Positions 19,547 to 27,807 of a stretch of 64,000 nucleotides of DNA are shown in pieces; within the stretch, counting starts at the first letter, position 1; each line of letters opens with the position of its first letter. Position numbers and translations under genes: made by a program. The notes under the pieces are model-generated. The model had not been told where the DNA came from. It did not search any database and was given only the letters and a program-made list of their open reading frames with translations. The stretch is from Aquimarina sp. Its GTDB lineage: Bacteria > Bacteroidota > Bacteroidia > Flavobacteriales > Flavobacteriaceae. The stretch is taken from the NCBI GenBank assembly GCA_965230845.1, contig OZ246021.1:57184-121183 (forward strand). Reading direction: 5' to 3'.

Positions 19547-21426
19547 AGACTAATTCTTCTGCTGCGCGGATGTTTTACCTGGTATGAAAACTGTTTTTCC
19601 AGTTTTTGGTTAGCTTGTACATCTAGCTTCCAGGTCATTATTCCCTTTTTTGAATCGTAAACCGCTTGATCTGTTTGAACTTCATCCAGTTTGATATCTT
19701 TATTTTGGGAAACCGGTATACGATCTTCAACCGTGATATTTATGTTGCTTTTTTTGTTGTTTTTGATGGTGATTTTATACGCTCGATTTACAATTTTACT
19801 ATTACCAGTAAAGTTTTTGCTTTTGAAGTTTTTGAGTTGTTCTCTTTTTACCACAATATTAGGATCAACACCTAAAGAGACAGTCAAAGTGTCTGTAGTA
19901 TGCAATGGATCTATATTTGTTTTGCCTGCATAACTGCCTTCAAAGTAGATGTTGGCTTCTCCAGCGAGTAAATTGAACTGTTCCCAATTGGCAAGTTTTG
20001 CAGTTAGAAATACATTCTCATTTAATTCTGGAGCTACATAGTGATTATAATCTGTTCGGATTTCAAAATTATCGATTTCTATAATCGTAATATCAGCATT
20101 AGAAGGGATGCTGTATTTTTTCTTAATTTTAAATCGAGTATTCGTAATTCCTTCTTCTTTCACTTCGACTACTTCATTATAATACTCTTTTTTTTCTTTT
20201 TTTCTGGTATAACTAGATCTTGGAGAATAACGACCAGATGACCCAGAAGTGGAATACCCTGCAATTACTACTTCATCTAAAACGGAAGTGTCTTCCTCTA
20301 AAGAAATATTCATAACCGAAGAATAAATCGGAAGTGATTGAGATGAAAATCCTATGTACGAAAATGAAAGCTCTCTACCATCAGCAACTTCTAGTGTGTA
20401 ACGGCCATCAAAATCAGTTTGTGTTCCATTTGAGGTCCCTTTTTCGATAACATTAACTCCAGGTAAAGGTAATCCACCATCGTCCAGAACAATTCCGTTA
20501 ATGGTTTTTACAGTTGGATTGTATTGATAACCATATCGTTTTATTGCATTTTGCTGTCGGTTACTACCATAGCTAAAGTTTAAGTATTTTGGAGACACGT
20601 TAGGTTTGATATTATTAGTATTTGGATCACCCGTGGATAGTGTAATGTTTACGTTGTTCCAAGGAGTACCTGTTTGCTGGTATACATTGGCTTTGTAGGC
20701 CATTTTGATAGGATCCTTTATGCTTTGGGATTTGATATCGTATAACGGAAACCATCCCGCTTGAGTAACATTGTATTGTATCACAAGACTCAGTGTGGTA
20801 GCTACCGGAGCATCTAGTTTCACCTTGATCTCTCCCCGTTGTTCTTTGGTATCGTCATCCAACTTGTCAATTTGTTGGGTTATTGCAGATATTTCATCAG
20901 ATAGACGATCTATTTTTTGTGTATGCGTATAGGTTTCATTCTGAATTTCAATTGCTCTATCTCTATAATAGGCAGATATTTCTTTTACTTTTTCCAAAGA
21001 AAGAGATTCTGTTGTACTGGCGATACGCTGATTGTTTTCCAACAATTTTTTTTCCTGACCAAGTCCAGTTATGATATTTTCTAGCTTGTTTTTTTCAAGT
21101 AATAATTGTTCTAATTGCTTTTGAAGGGCAGTTAACTCTTCTGAAGTTTTTCTTTTTTCCAAATAGTCGATTCCAAAATTTATTGACAATATAGAAACGT
21201 TTTTAAGTCCTGAAATCTGAATACTATTCTCATTAATTGTAGGGGATAGGTCATGGAGTAAAATTTCGTTAGTCCCTGGTTTTAAAGAAACGTCAGCGGT
21301 TCTTTTTATTCGAGCACCAGTGAGATATACGGTGACGTCTTCAATAGTTGATACCGTCTTTTTTCCAGTATTTGCCAATGTAAGGTTAGCAATCAAAAGT
21401 AATATGGATAGTAATACAGCTCTCAT
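19543..21426 (-). CDS. DUF4139/DUF4140 family protein with an inserted carboxypeptidase-regulatory-like domain
   Basis: IEDVTVYLTGA start, coiled coil, AGWFPLYDI and QQTGTPW, C-terminal VEDRIPVS; internal PLPGVNV...TDFDG domain. Confidence 0.85.
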   Translation of the reverse strand: MRAVLLSILLLIANLTLANTGKKTVSTIEDVTVYLTGARIKRTADVSLKPGTNEILLHDLSPTINENSIQISGLKNVSILSINFGIDYLEKRKTSEELTALQKQLEQLLLEKNKLENIITGLGQEKKLLENNQRIASTTESLSLEKVKEISAYYRDRAIEIQNETYTHTQKIDRLSDEISAITQQIDKLDDDTKEQRGEIKVKLDAPVATTLSLVIQYNVTQAGWFPLYDIKSQSIKDPIKMAYKANVYQQTGTPWNNVNITLSTGDPNTNNIKPNVSPKYLNFSYGSNRQQNAIKRYGYQYNPTVKTINGIVLDDGGLPLPGVNVIEKGTSNGTQTDFDGRYTLEVADGRELSFSYIGFSSQSLPIYSSVMNISLEEDTSVLDEVVIAGYSTSGSSGRYSPRSSYTRKKEKKEYYNEVVEVKEEGITNTRFKIKKKYSIPSNADITIIEIDNFEIRTDYNHYVAPELNENVFLTAKLANWEQFNLLAGEANIYFEGSYAGKTNIDPLHTTDTLTVSLGVDPNIVVKREQLKNFKSKNFTGNSKIVNRAYKITIKNNKKSNINITVEDRIPVSQNKDIKLDEVQTDQAVYDSKKGIMTWKLDVQANQKLEKQFSYQVKHPRSRRISL

Positions 21427-21622
21427 AGTGGTATAATTTTTGGTTACTATACGAATGTATCCTGATCTATACCCGTATGAAATGTAAAATGAGTGAAGTA
21501 GTATTTTTATTGAGTAAACATGATCATCGCTTAAACGATCAAGAAAATATGAAATAGAGTAGGGGGATTTTCCCCTCCCTAATTTTAGTTAAACTCCCCT
21601 TACATCGTGTTTACCTAATCTA

Positions 21623-21630
21623 TACTTTTG
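21623..21630 (+). promoter_or_regulatory. -7 promoter box (TACTTTTG) for small ORF 1
   Basis: TAnnTTTG match 38 nt upstream of the ATG at 21668. Confidence 0.55.
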
Positions 21631-21667
21631 AAACATCACTTTATCACACTAATAAACAAAAATAATT

Positions 21668-21841
21668 ATGAAACGGCTGTTACTTCCTTTAGCGCTTATT
21701 GCATTTGCTGTTATATGTTTGAGCATTGTACATATAGACAATGTAAATAAGCTTGATGCGCAATCTGAAGAGTTGCGAAAGAAAATAAATTCTGAAAACG
21801 GAACAGAACAATTAAATACCACTACTCCAGAAACGAAATGA
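21668..21841 (+). CDS. 57-aa small membrane-anchored protein (paralogue 1; not in ORF track)
   Basis: MKRLLLPLALIAFAVICLSIVHIDNVNKLDAQSEELRKKINSENGTEQLNTTTPETK. A-rich start context; 20/28 N-terminal identity to the ORF at 22157. Confidence 0.8.
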   Translation: MKRLLLPLALIAFAVICLSIVHIDNVNKLDAQSEELRKKINSENGTEQLNTTTPETK

Positions 21842-22086
21842 ATAGATAAGGATACCATTCTTATTAATGAGTAGGGCTTATTTATGTTTTATATTCGTCC
21901 AGTATCACGTTATTTAATATATACTGGATGAATAAAAATTTAGCTAATATTAGCTAAGGTATAATCTGTTTGTATTTAGTAGTTTACATGATTTTACTAT
22001 AAATCCAACTACAAAGACTTAGCTAGATTGACGAATTCTAGTTCATTCTCTACGAATACTAAAAGTTGAAAAGGGAATTAAATATT

Positions 22087-22127
22087 GGCTTTACTTTTAT
22101 ACCGTAAAAAAAGTAAGGTCTTTTTTT
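22087..22127 (+). terminator. Intrinsic-terminator-like hairpin 30 nt upstream of small ORF 2
   Basis: 12-bp stem (22087-22098 with 22109-22120, two G-U pairs) followed by T7. Confidence 0.6.
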
Positions 22128-22156
22128 GTTCCAAATTGTTTTAATCCCAAAATAAA

Positions 22157-22303
22157 ATGAAAAGGTTACTACTACCAGTGTTATTAATTTGCTTTGCTAT
22201 CTTTTGTTTATCCTATATACATATTGATAATATGAACAAGATAAACGAGGAGAAAGCTGCTATAGAGAAGCAAAAAGAAGAAGCCCTCCTTCTTACAGAG
22301 TAG
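22157..22303 (+). CDS. 48-aa small membrane-anchored protein (paralogue 2; not in ORF track)
   Basis: MKRLLLPVLLICFAIFCLSYIHIDNMNKINEEKAAIEKQKEEALLLTE. Conserved residues use different synonymous codons from paralogue 1. Confidence 0.8.
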   Translation: MKRLLLPVLLICFAIFCLSYIHIDNMNKINEEKAAIEKQKEEALLLTE

Positions 22304-22327
22304 TCAACGAATAGGTTACTCTTGTTC

Positions 22328-22741
22328 TTATTGGTCGATGAACAGTGCCTTAAGCTCAGGGGTAGGAATCATACAGCTATCCTTTTTACCAAACCATTTG
22401 TACCTATTTCGGGCGATAATATCATATACCCAATCCCTTAAGAATTTGGGAAGTATTAAAAAAGCAGACAAAAGGGGATACCCACCTCTCAGGTGTTTTG
22501 CGATTTGCAATGCTGCGGTAGATTTATGGTAATACGCTATTCCTGGATCAATCAAGAGAATAGAATCTATTTCCTGGGTATTAATATTTCTTTCGGCAAT
22601 TAGTTTTTGACCGATTTCACTTTGCAAAGAAGCATACACAAACATTTTGTGTTTGTCACGTTTGATGATAAAATTAATAGCTCCGTTGCACAAATTGCAG
22701 ACACCGTCGAACAGAATAATCTTTTTCCCTTCTTCAATCAT
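22328..22741 (-). CDS. DCC family thiol-disulfide oxidoreductase (DUF393)
   Basis: LFDGVCNLCNG (DxxCxxC) and RNRYKWFG motifs. Confidence 0.92.
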   Translation of the reverse strand: MIEEGKKIILFDGVCNLCNGAINFIIKRDKHKMFVYASLQSEIGQKLIAERNINTQEIDSILLIDPGIAYYHKSTAALQIAKHLRGGYPLLSAFLILPKFLRDWVYDIIARNRYKWFGKKDSCMIPTPELKALFIDQ

Positions 22742-22799
22742 AATGCAAAGATACGACGAATAATTTAGTAGCTTTTGCGCTTTAGTATTTTGTTATGTA

Positions 22800-23615
22800 T
22801 TATTTTACAATAACCGATTCAATAACTTCTTGTGTAGTTATTTGAAGGTTTTTGGGGAGTTTGTTGTCTTTAGGGAGTACTGCAAGATATCTATCGTTAT
22901 TAGAATCGTATACCTGTTTAAAAACAGGGTTTTCTAGAACCATAGACTCGCATAATTCTTTGATCAAATCAAAATGATATGATAAATCATTACTCCCAAG
23001 ATGAAAGATCCCTTTTTTATTTCTATTGATGATATAATGGATTTGCTGAGTCAGTTTAGAAATAGTGGTCGCATTAATAATCACATTAGGAAAGACTTCT
23101 ATAGGCGCTTTAAGGTCGTACAAAGTTTTTAGCTCTTGAATTCTTGGAGTAGCAGGTCCAAAGATCATAGGCACTCTGGCAATTACATATTTGGAAGTAG
23201 GAAGACGCATCAAAGCATTTTCGATCTTAATCTTAAATCTACCAAATACACTATTACTTAGCGTCTTATCAAATTCGTAAGAAGGATAATTACTAAAAGA
23301 ATCAAATACATTAGCACTCGACATAAAAATTAATCTTGATCGGTGCGTTTTGATCCAGTCGATGATCCGTTGATGAGCATCCAATTGCGAATTGAAATTT
23401 CCTCTAATCGCAGAAATGATAATCGCAGGTTTTAAATTATCCAGGAGAATAGAAATATCCTCTAATTCCATATCATACTGGAAAAATTTCTGATTTTTTT
23501 CAAAGAACGTATTGTCCTTACAATAGGTCCCATAGGTGTCATAATAGGAATTAAGCTCTTTGTATAGAGCATTTCCTATAAAACCACTGGCTCCTATGAT
23601 CAGAATTTTTTTCAA
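22800..23615 (-). CDS. RmlD-like NAD(P)-binding extended SDR protein
   Basis: IIGASGFIG Rossmann motif, FMSSANVFD, FGRFK. Confidence 0.75.
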   Translation of the reverse strand: MKKILIIGASGFIGNALYKELNSYYDTYGTYCKDNTFFEKNQKFFQYDMELEDISILLDNLKPAIIISAIRGNFNSQLDAHQRIIDWIKTHRSRLIFMSSANVFDSFSNYPSYEFDKTLSNSVFGRFKIKIENALMRLPTSKYVIARVPMIFGPATPRIQELKTLYDLKAPIEVFPNVIINATTISKLTQQIHYIINRNKKGIFHLGSNDLSYHFDLIKELCESMVLENPVFKQVYDSNNDRYLAVLPKDNKLPKNLQITTQEVIESVIVK

Positions 23616-23699
23616 AATGAAATGATGCTAAAAAAATTAAGTTTCAAACATTACAGATCTGTAACCTTGAAACTTAATCCTATTACTTTTATTATATAA

Positions 23700-24782
23700 T
23701 TATCCTTTGTAAAAAGGTAATTTAACTACCGTAGCAGGAATGGCCTTTTTACGAACCTGAATATTAATTTTACTATCAGGTTTGGCAAAAATAGTAGGTA
23801 CATATCCTAGTCCTATCCCTTTACCCAAAGAAGGAGACATCGTACCTGAAGTTACATTACCGATAACATTTCCATTGCCATCTACAATATCATATCCTTG
23901 TCTTGGGATTCCTCTTTCGTCCAATTCAAAACCTACTAGTTTTTTTTCAGCTCCTCGTTCTTTCTGCTTTCCTAATTCTTCAGCATTGATAAAATCTTTG
24001 GAGAATTTGGTGATCCATCCTAAACCAGCTTCAATAGGAGAGGTGGTGTCGTCAATATCATTACCATAAAGACAGTATCCCATTTCCAGACGAAGTGTAT
24101 CTCTAGCAGCCAATCCAATAGGTTTGATTCCAAAATCAGCTCCAGCTTCTAGTACTTTATCCCAGATTTGTTTTACTTCGGTATTCTTGCAATAGATTTC
24201 AAAACCTCCACTTCCTGTATATCCCGTTGCCGAAATGATTACATGTTCGATACCAGCAAAATCGGCTACTTCAAAAGTGTAGAATTTCAAAGCTTCGAGA
24301 TCCACAGAGGTTAGAGATTGCATGGCAGCAGCTGCTTTTGGTCCTTGGATGGCCAATAAGGAGTAATCCTCAGACAAGTCACGCATTTCCGCTCCCATAC
24401 TATTATGACTACTGATCCAATCCCAATCCTTTTGGATATTGGAAGCGTTAACCACCAATAAATATTTTTCGTCTGCTATCTTATATACGATTAAGTCATC
24501 AACAATACCACCTTGATCGTTGGGTAAACAACTATATTGTGCTTTACCATCAATTAGCTTTGATGCATCATTAGAGGTTACTTTTTGTATAAGATCCAAT
24601 GCATTGGGTCCAGTGATCAAAAACTCTCCCATGTGCGAAACATCAAAAACGCCAACCCCATTTCTTACAGTTTCGTGTTCTATATTCACACCTTCATAGG
24701 ATACAGGCATATTATATCCTGCAAAAGGAACCATTTTGGCGCCAAGAGCAATATGAGTTTCTGTTAATGCAGTATTTTTCAT
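23700..24782 (-). CDS. gcvT: Glycine cleavage system aminomethyltransferase T
   Basis: [31 protein letters not shown]. The start MKNTAL at 24782 is preferred. Confidence 0.97.
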   Translation of the reverse strand: MKNTALTETHIALGAKMVPFAGYNMPVSYEGVNIEHETVRNGVGVFDVSHMGEFLITGPNALDLIQKVTSNDASKLIDGKAQYSCLPNDQGGIVDDLIVYKIADEKYLLVVNASNIQKDWDWISSHNSMGAEMRDLSEDYSLLAIQGPKAAAAMQSLTSVDLEALKFYTFEVADFAGIEHVIISATGYTGSGGFEIYCKNTEVKQIWDKVLEAGADFGIKPIGLAARDTLRLEMGYCLYGNDIDDTTSPIEAGLGWITKFSKDFINAEELGKQKERGAEKKLVGFELDERGIPRQGYDIVDGNGNVIGNVTSGTMSPSLGKGIGLGYVPTIFAKPDSKINIQVRKKAIPATVVKLPFYKG

Positions 24783-25011
24783 TGTTAGCAGCTTATTTAA
24801 TTGAAGGCCGAATGTAAAAAACTTTGGGTAGCTACACAATGCTTTTTTGTTATAATCTTGATAAATTGTTAACTAAAGTGCTCTGCTTTTACTGCTACTT
24901 ATGATATTCGCAATTTTCTTACAACTATCTCAATGATTATATATTTTGAACGACCCTAACCAAACTTTTAATATCTTTAGAAAACATACCTAACTTTTAA
25001 ACTGTTTGATC

Positions 25012-25428
25012 ATGCCAACAGCAGGATATTCTGGAACACCCCTCGCAAAGAAACTTGGTATTAAAAAGGGGAATGCAATATTGTTATATAATGCGCCTAA
25101 GCACTACTATGAGCTTTTCGCAGATTTTCCCGAAGGTGTGACAGAACTTGATGCTGTTGCAGAAGAGGTGGCTGATTTTATACATATTTTTTGTACTTCT
25201 TTTGAAACACTTAAAGAAATAGTACCTCAATACAAATCTGCTTTGAAAAAAAATGGAATGCTTTGGGTGAGTTGGCCAAAAGGTAGTTCTAAAATTTCAA
25301 CAGATCTGAAAAGAGATCCTATTAGAGAGTACCTCTTGAATATTGGATTGGTAGATGTTAAAGTAGCTGCTGTAGATGAAGATTGGAGTGGATTAAAGTT
25401 CATGTACCGAATAAAAGACAGAAAGTAA
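25012..25428 (+). CDS. DUF3052 family protein
   Basis: AGYSGTPLAKKLGIK, LWVSWPK and GLVDVKVAAVDEDWSGLK motifs. Confidence 0.85.
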   Translation: MPTAGYSGTPLAKKLGIKKGNAILLYNAPKHYYELFADFPEGVTELDAVAEEVADFIHIFCTSFETLKEIVPQYKSALKKNGMLWVSWPKGSSKISTDLKRDPIREYLLNIGLVDVKVAAVDEDWSGLKFMYRIKDRK

Positions 25429-25490
25429 AGATAAAGAACAATAAGCAACCTTTTTCTTTGTAGATCATCTCCTTATAAAAGATCAATACC

Positions 25491-25895
25491 ATGAAAAAGT
25501 ATATCATCATTCTATTATTAAGTGTAGCCTTTGTGTCCTGCTCAAGCGACGATGACAATCAGAATCCTGAAGCAACAGTTATTGGTAAATGGAAATTGGT
25601 CGAAGCATTGGTTGATCCTGGGGATGGTAGTGGAACATTCCAACCTGTAGAAAGTAATCAAACCATCACTTTTTTTGAAACTGGTAGTGTGGTGTCAGAA
25701 AACGGATCACTTTGTAATATTTTTTCTGAATCTGCGGAGACAAGTTCCGGTACCTTTTCGTTTGAAACCAATACCTTGGAAATTGGTTGTGTGGATGATG
25801 TGATCACACTTACCTTTGAGCGTACTACATTAAATCTAATTATCTATTACCCTTGTATTGAAGGCTGTGCATTTAAGTATATAAGGGTCGATTAG
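25491..25895 (+). CDS. Surface lipoprotein, possibly lipocalin-like
   Basis: Lipobox FVSC followed by SSDDD; IGKWKL motif. Confidence 0.7.
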   Translation: MKKYIIILLLSVAFVSCSSDDDNQNPEATVIGKWKLVEALVDPGDGSGTFQPVESNQTITFFETGSVVSENGSLCNIFSESAETSSGTFSFETNTLEIGCVDDVITLTFERTTLNLIIYYPCIEGCAFKYIRVD

Positions 25896-26112
25896 GATAC
25901 AAGATAGCTTCAAAAAACATAATATTTGCAAATTATTTCTACATTGATTTTACAACCAAAACGTTTTTTGGCTTAAAATTTTGCTGATTTCCCATAAATC
26001 AAATTAAATAATAATAGGATTCATGAAAATTGAACATCTTTTATTAAATGATTGTTGGTAAAATGTTAAGAAAACAAAAAAATATTTACCTTTATGATGT
26101 ATTATTGTATCG

Positions 26113-26688
26113 TTGGAAAGGGAAATACACATAAGGAACAGTTACTTTATTAAAAGTATTAATGAAGGAAACAAAGAGGCTTTTAAAGTGCTTTTTGAGC
26201 TTTATTATGCCAAATTGTTATTCGTGGCCAGTAGCTATATTTCCAACAAAGAAGATGCCGAGGAGATCGTACAAGATGTTTTTGTAAAAGCGTGGAAAAA
26301 AAGAAAAAATATTTCTTCAAATATTAATGGATACCTCTTCAAAATCACCAAAAATAAATGTTTAGATTATTTAAGATCCAAAAAAGGAAAGCTAATTGCT
26401 CTAGCTAATAATACCTCACAAATTGAGGCTTATATCAATCATCTGGCATTATCAGATCTCGATTCGAATACGATCATCGAAAAAGAATTAGAACTTCAAA
26501 TACAAGCAGGAATCGATTTGCTACCAGAAAAGTGCAAAAAAGTTTTTGTGAAAAGCCGAATTGAAGGGTTGAAAAACAAACAAATCTCTGAAGAATTGGA
26601 GATATCTATCAAAACTGTAGAGAACCATATGTCGAAGGCTTTGAAACATATGAGACTGCATCTTCGCGAATTTTTATCTTTTTTTTAA
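26113..26688 (+). CDS. ECF RNA polymerase sigma-70 factor
   Basis: AEEIVQDVFVKAW, YLFKITKNKCLD (region 2) and LPEKCKKVF...SIKTVENHM (region 4). TTG start uncertain. Confidence 0.93.
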   Translation: MEREIHIRNSYFIKSINEGNKEAFKVLFELYYAKLLFVASSYISNKEDAEEIVQDVFVKAWKKRKNISSNINGYLFKITKNKCLDYLRSKKGKLIALANNTSQIEAYINHLALSDLDSNTIIEKELELQIQAGIDLLPEKCKKVFVKSRIEGLKNKQISEELEISIKTVENHMSKALKHMRLHLREFLSFF

Positions 26689-26746
26689 ACTTTGAATAGG
26701 GGGTACTACTTTTTTTCTCGTCTTTATATATATAACACATATATAC

Positions 26747-27721
26747 ATGCAGGAAAAGGAACTCATAAAATATATAAAAGGTGAAGCTAGTCCAGAAGAA
26801 GTAAAGGAAATCTTGAAATGGATTAGAGAAAACAAAGAACACCAAAAACGTTATGCTATTCTTAAAGCCAAATACGTTGCTTCCAATCTTGATCGTTTGG
26901 ATGACGAAGATGTAGAGTTGGGGTATGAGAAATTTTCTTCCAAAAGAAATAAGAGGAAAAATGCATTTTATCAAACAGCCGTTGCAGCGGTATTACTTCC
27001 TTTGTTGATTTGGCAATCTTATACTTATTTTCAGAATGATGGTCTGATCGTTAATCAAGATAAAATTTCTACTGTTGTGGTAAAAAATATTGCCACAAAT
27101 TATGGTGGACAGAAAACCATCAACTTACCAGATGGATCTACAGTAATATTAAATTCGGGAAGTTCGATTTCTTATCCCGAAAACTTTACAGATACCTTGC
27201 GGCAAGTAACCTTAAAAGGGGAAGCATATTTTGATATTGAAAGAGATGTCACAAAACCTTTTATAGTGCAAACAGATCACTTAAAAGTAAGAGTACTAGG
27301 AACTTCTTTTAATGTAAAATCATATCCCAAGGATGATAAAATAGAAACAACTTTAGTTTCCGGTAAAGTAGAGGTGATTCAGGAAGAGACTGAAGCACTT
27401 GTTGTATTAACTCCTTCTCAAAGAGCTACATTTCATAAAGAAGAAAGTGATATCAAAGTAGATCAAGTAGATTCTAATAAAATTGTTGCCTGGAAACAAG
27501 GAAAATTGGTGTTTGATAAAACTCCACTAAAACAGGTGGTACTGGATCTAAAGCGAAAGTATGATGTTGAATTTGTAATAGAATCAGATTCGTTATTGCA
27601 TTATCGATATACCGGAGAGTTTGACAACTTAAGTTTAGAAGATGTTCTGGAGCTGATCAAACTTTCTTCATCAATAGATTATAAACGTAAAAACAATAAA
27701 ATTATGCTAAACTCAGAATAA
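26747..27721 (+). CDS. FecR family anti-sigma factor
   Basis: TM segment, LPDGSTVILNSGS, GEAYFD, VLGTSFNV and AWKQGKLVF motifs. Confidence 0.95.
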   Translation: MQEKELIKYIKGEASPEEVKEILKWIRENKEHQKRYAILKAKYVASNLDRLDDEDVELGYEKFSSKRNKRKNAFYQTAVAAVLLPLLIWQSYTYFQNDGLIVNQDKISTVVVKNIATNYGGQKTINLPDGSTVILNSGSSISYPENFTDTLRQVTLKGEAYFDIERDVTKPFIVQTDHLKVRVLGTSFNVKSYPKDDKIETTLVSGKVEVIQEETEALVVLTPSQRATFHKEESDIKVDQVDSNKIVAWKQGKLVFDKTPLKQVVLDLKRKYDVEFVIESDSLLHYRYTGEFDNLSLEDVLELIKLSSSIDYKRKNNKIMLNSE

Positions 27722-27728
27722 GAAAAAA

Positions 27729-27752
27729 AAGAGGGTGTTGCAGCACCCTCTT
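27729..27752 (+). promoter_or_regulatory. GC-rich hairpin between fecR and susC
   Basis: AAGAGGGTGT-TGCA-GCACCCTCTT stem-loop with no U-tract, flanked by 12-bp direct repeats. Confidence 0.55.
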
Positions 27753-27807
27753 CATATCGGTCATTTAATTAAACTCAGAATTGAAATAATTAAAATCAAA
27801 CAAAATT

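Noticed and set aside
21649-21858. 69-aa minus-strand ORF in the ORF track
   Set aside because: Antisense shadow of the real plus-strand 57-aa ORF, which has a promoter, good start context and a paralogue.
24783-25011. Possible glycine riboswitch upstream of gcvT
   Set aside because: No GGAGA/CAGG/CTCT-type aptamer motifs; a TACATTCG promoter-like box about 27 nt from the start implies a short leader.
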